A stretch of DNA of 63,837 bases, counting the filler, from Reticulomyxa filosa (lineage: Eukaryota > Protista > Foraminifera), in assembly GCA_000512085.1 (NCBI GenBank). It is 18 parts of 18 records of this genome, joined end to end, with 100 filler letters (N's around TTAATTAATTAA, not from the genome) between each part and the next. Parts side by side here need not be neighbours in the genome. Positions count along the whole stretch, not along the records: positions 62,734 to 63,837 come from ASPP01007927.1; 17 more parts are not named here. One strand, 5' to 3'. Positions 63,371 through 63,837 of this stretch are shown here, in pieces (position 1 is the stretch's first letter; each line of letters opens with the position of its first letter). The notes beneath the pieces were generated by a model. That model was not told the DNA's origin and did no database searches. It saw only the letters and a list, made by a program, of their open reading frames with translations. The position numbers and the translations under genes were made by a program.

Positions 63371-63814
63371 TCAGGCCGGCTGGCGTTTCAGCTTGAGCTT
63401 GCCGGACAGCCAGGTGTGGTCGTAGCTGACGATCTCGAACGGGTTGCCGAACGGGTCCACAAACGAAATCGCGCAGAAAAAACCGTGGTCGTGCACGCTG
63501 TCGCGGGCGATGGTCTGGCCGTCGCGGTTCAGCACCCGCTCGCCGGCCAGCTGGTCGATCCATTCCAGAAAGTCCTGCCCGCTCACCACAAACGCCACTG
63601 CACCGGCCAGGCAACCGGCACCCGGCTCTTCGGTTACCGCCAGGCGTACGGTGCCGCTGGGGTTAGCCAGCATCATGGCGCTGTGCGGGCCTTGCTGGCC
63701 CTGTTTGTAACGCGGGTCCGGCGACAGCCCCAGTACGCGGTCGTACCACTCTACGGCCTTGGCGCCGTCGCTGACGCGGATGTGGATATGGTCGATCTTG
63801 CCTAGCGTTAACAT
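63371..63814 (-). CDS. Bacterial VOC/glyoxalase-family protein
   Basis: IDHIHIRVSD..AVEWYDRVLGL..FVDPFGNPFEI; AAGGGG ribosome-binding site. Confidence 0.9.
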   Translation of the reverse strand: MLTLGKIDHIHIRVSDGAKAVEWYDRVLGLSPDPRYKQGQQGPHSAMMLANPSGTVRLAVTEEPGAGCLAGAVAFVVSGQDFLEWIDQLAGERVLNRDGQTIARDSVHDHGFFCAISFVDPFGNPFEIVSYDHTWLSGKLKLKRQPA

Positions 63815-63837
63815 GCTTTCCCCTTGTGCGGGCTGCC

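Noticed and set aside
63137-63805. 222-aa plus-strand ORF
   Set aside because: It is a GC-rich shadow overlapping the well-supported LysE and VOC genes and the terminator on the minus strand.
1-63837. A ubiquitin/ADP-ribosylation gene cluster (RBR, F-box, UBL, Josephin, E2, ART, WWE)
   Set aside because: Most of these genes lie on different contigs, so their adjacency is an artefact of concatenation.

Overview
This window is not one locus. It is 18 unrelated contigs joined by 17 artificial 100-nt spacers (N-run + TTAATTAATTAA six-frame stop + N-run). Contigs 1-17 (1-62633) are AT-rich, intron-containing eukaryotic DNA. Their expanded Kelch-like, WD40, NACHT, RING/TRAF-like and caspase-like families, many of them pseudogenes, resemble the foraminiferan Reticulomyxa filosa (inference from family content, not a database result). 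The last contig (62734-63837) is GC-rich bacterial DNA (LysE exporter, VOC protein, terminator). Recognisable genes include QTRT1 (TGT), VMA12/TMEM199, Josephin, a UBE2J1-like E2, an RBR E3, a BIG/Sec7 ARF-GEF, a Golgi sulfotransferase and a caspase-like protease. The most unusual items are: a ten-exon gene joining two PBZ-like zinc fingers, an ADP-ribosyltransferase domain with an H-S-E motif set and EF-hands; a WWE-S1-S1-F-box fusion; a divergent TBP-like factor lacking key TATA-contact residues; an ER-targeted HRC-like Cys-rich protein; introns with T-rich 5' and A-rich 3' halves and no polypyrimidine tract; and two inverted-repeat structures. Many genes carry +/-1 shifts in homopolymer runs, which are probably sequencing errors. 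All domain calls are by eye.
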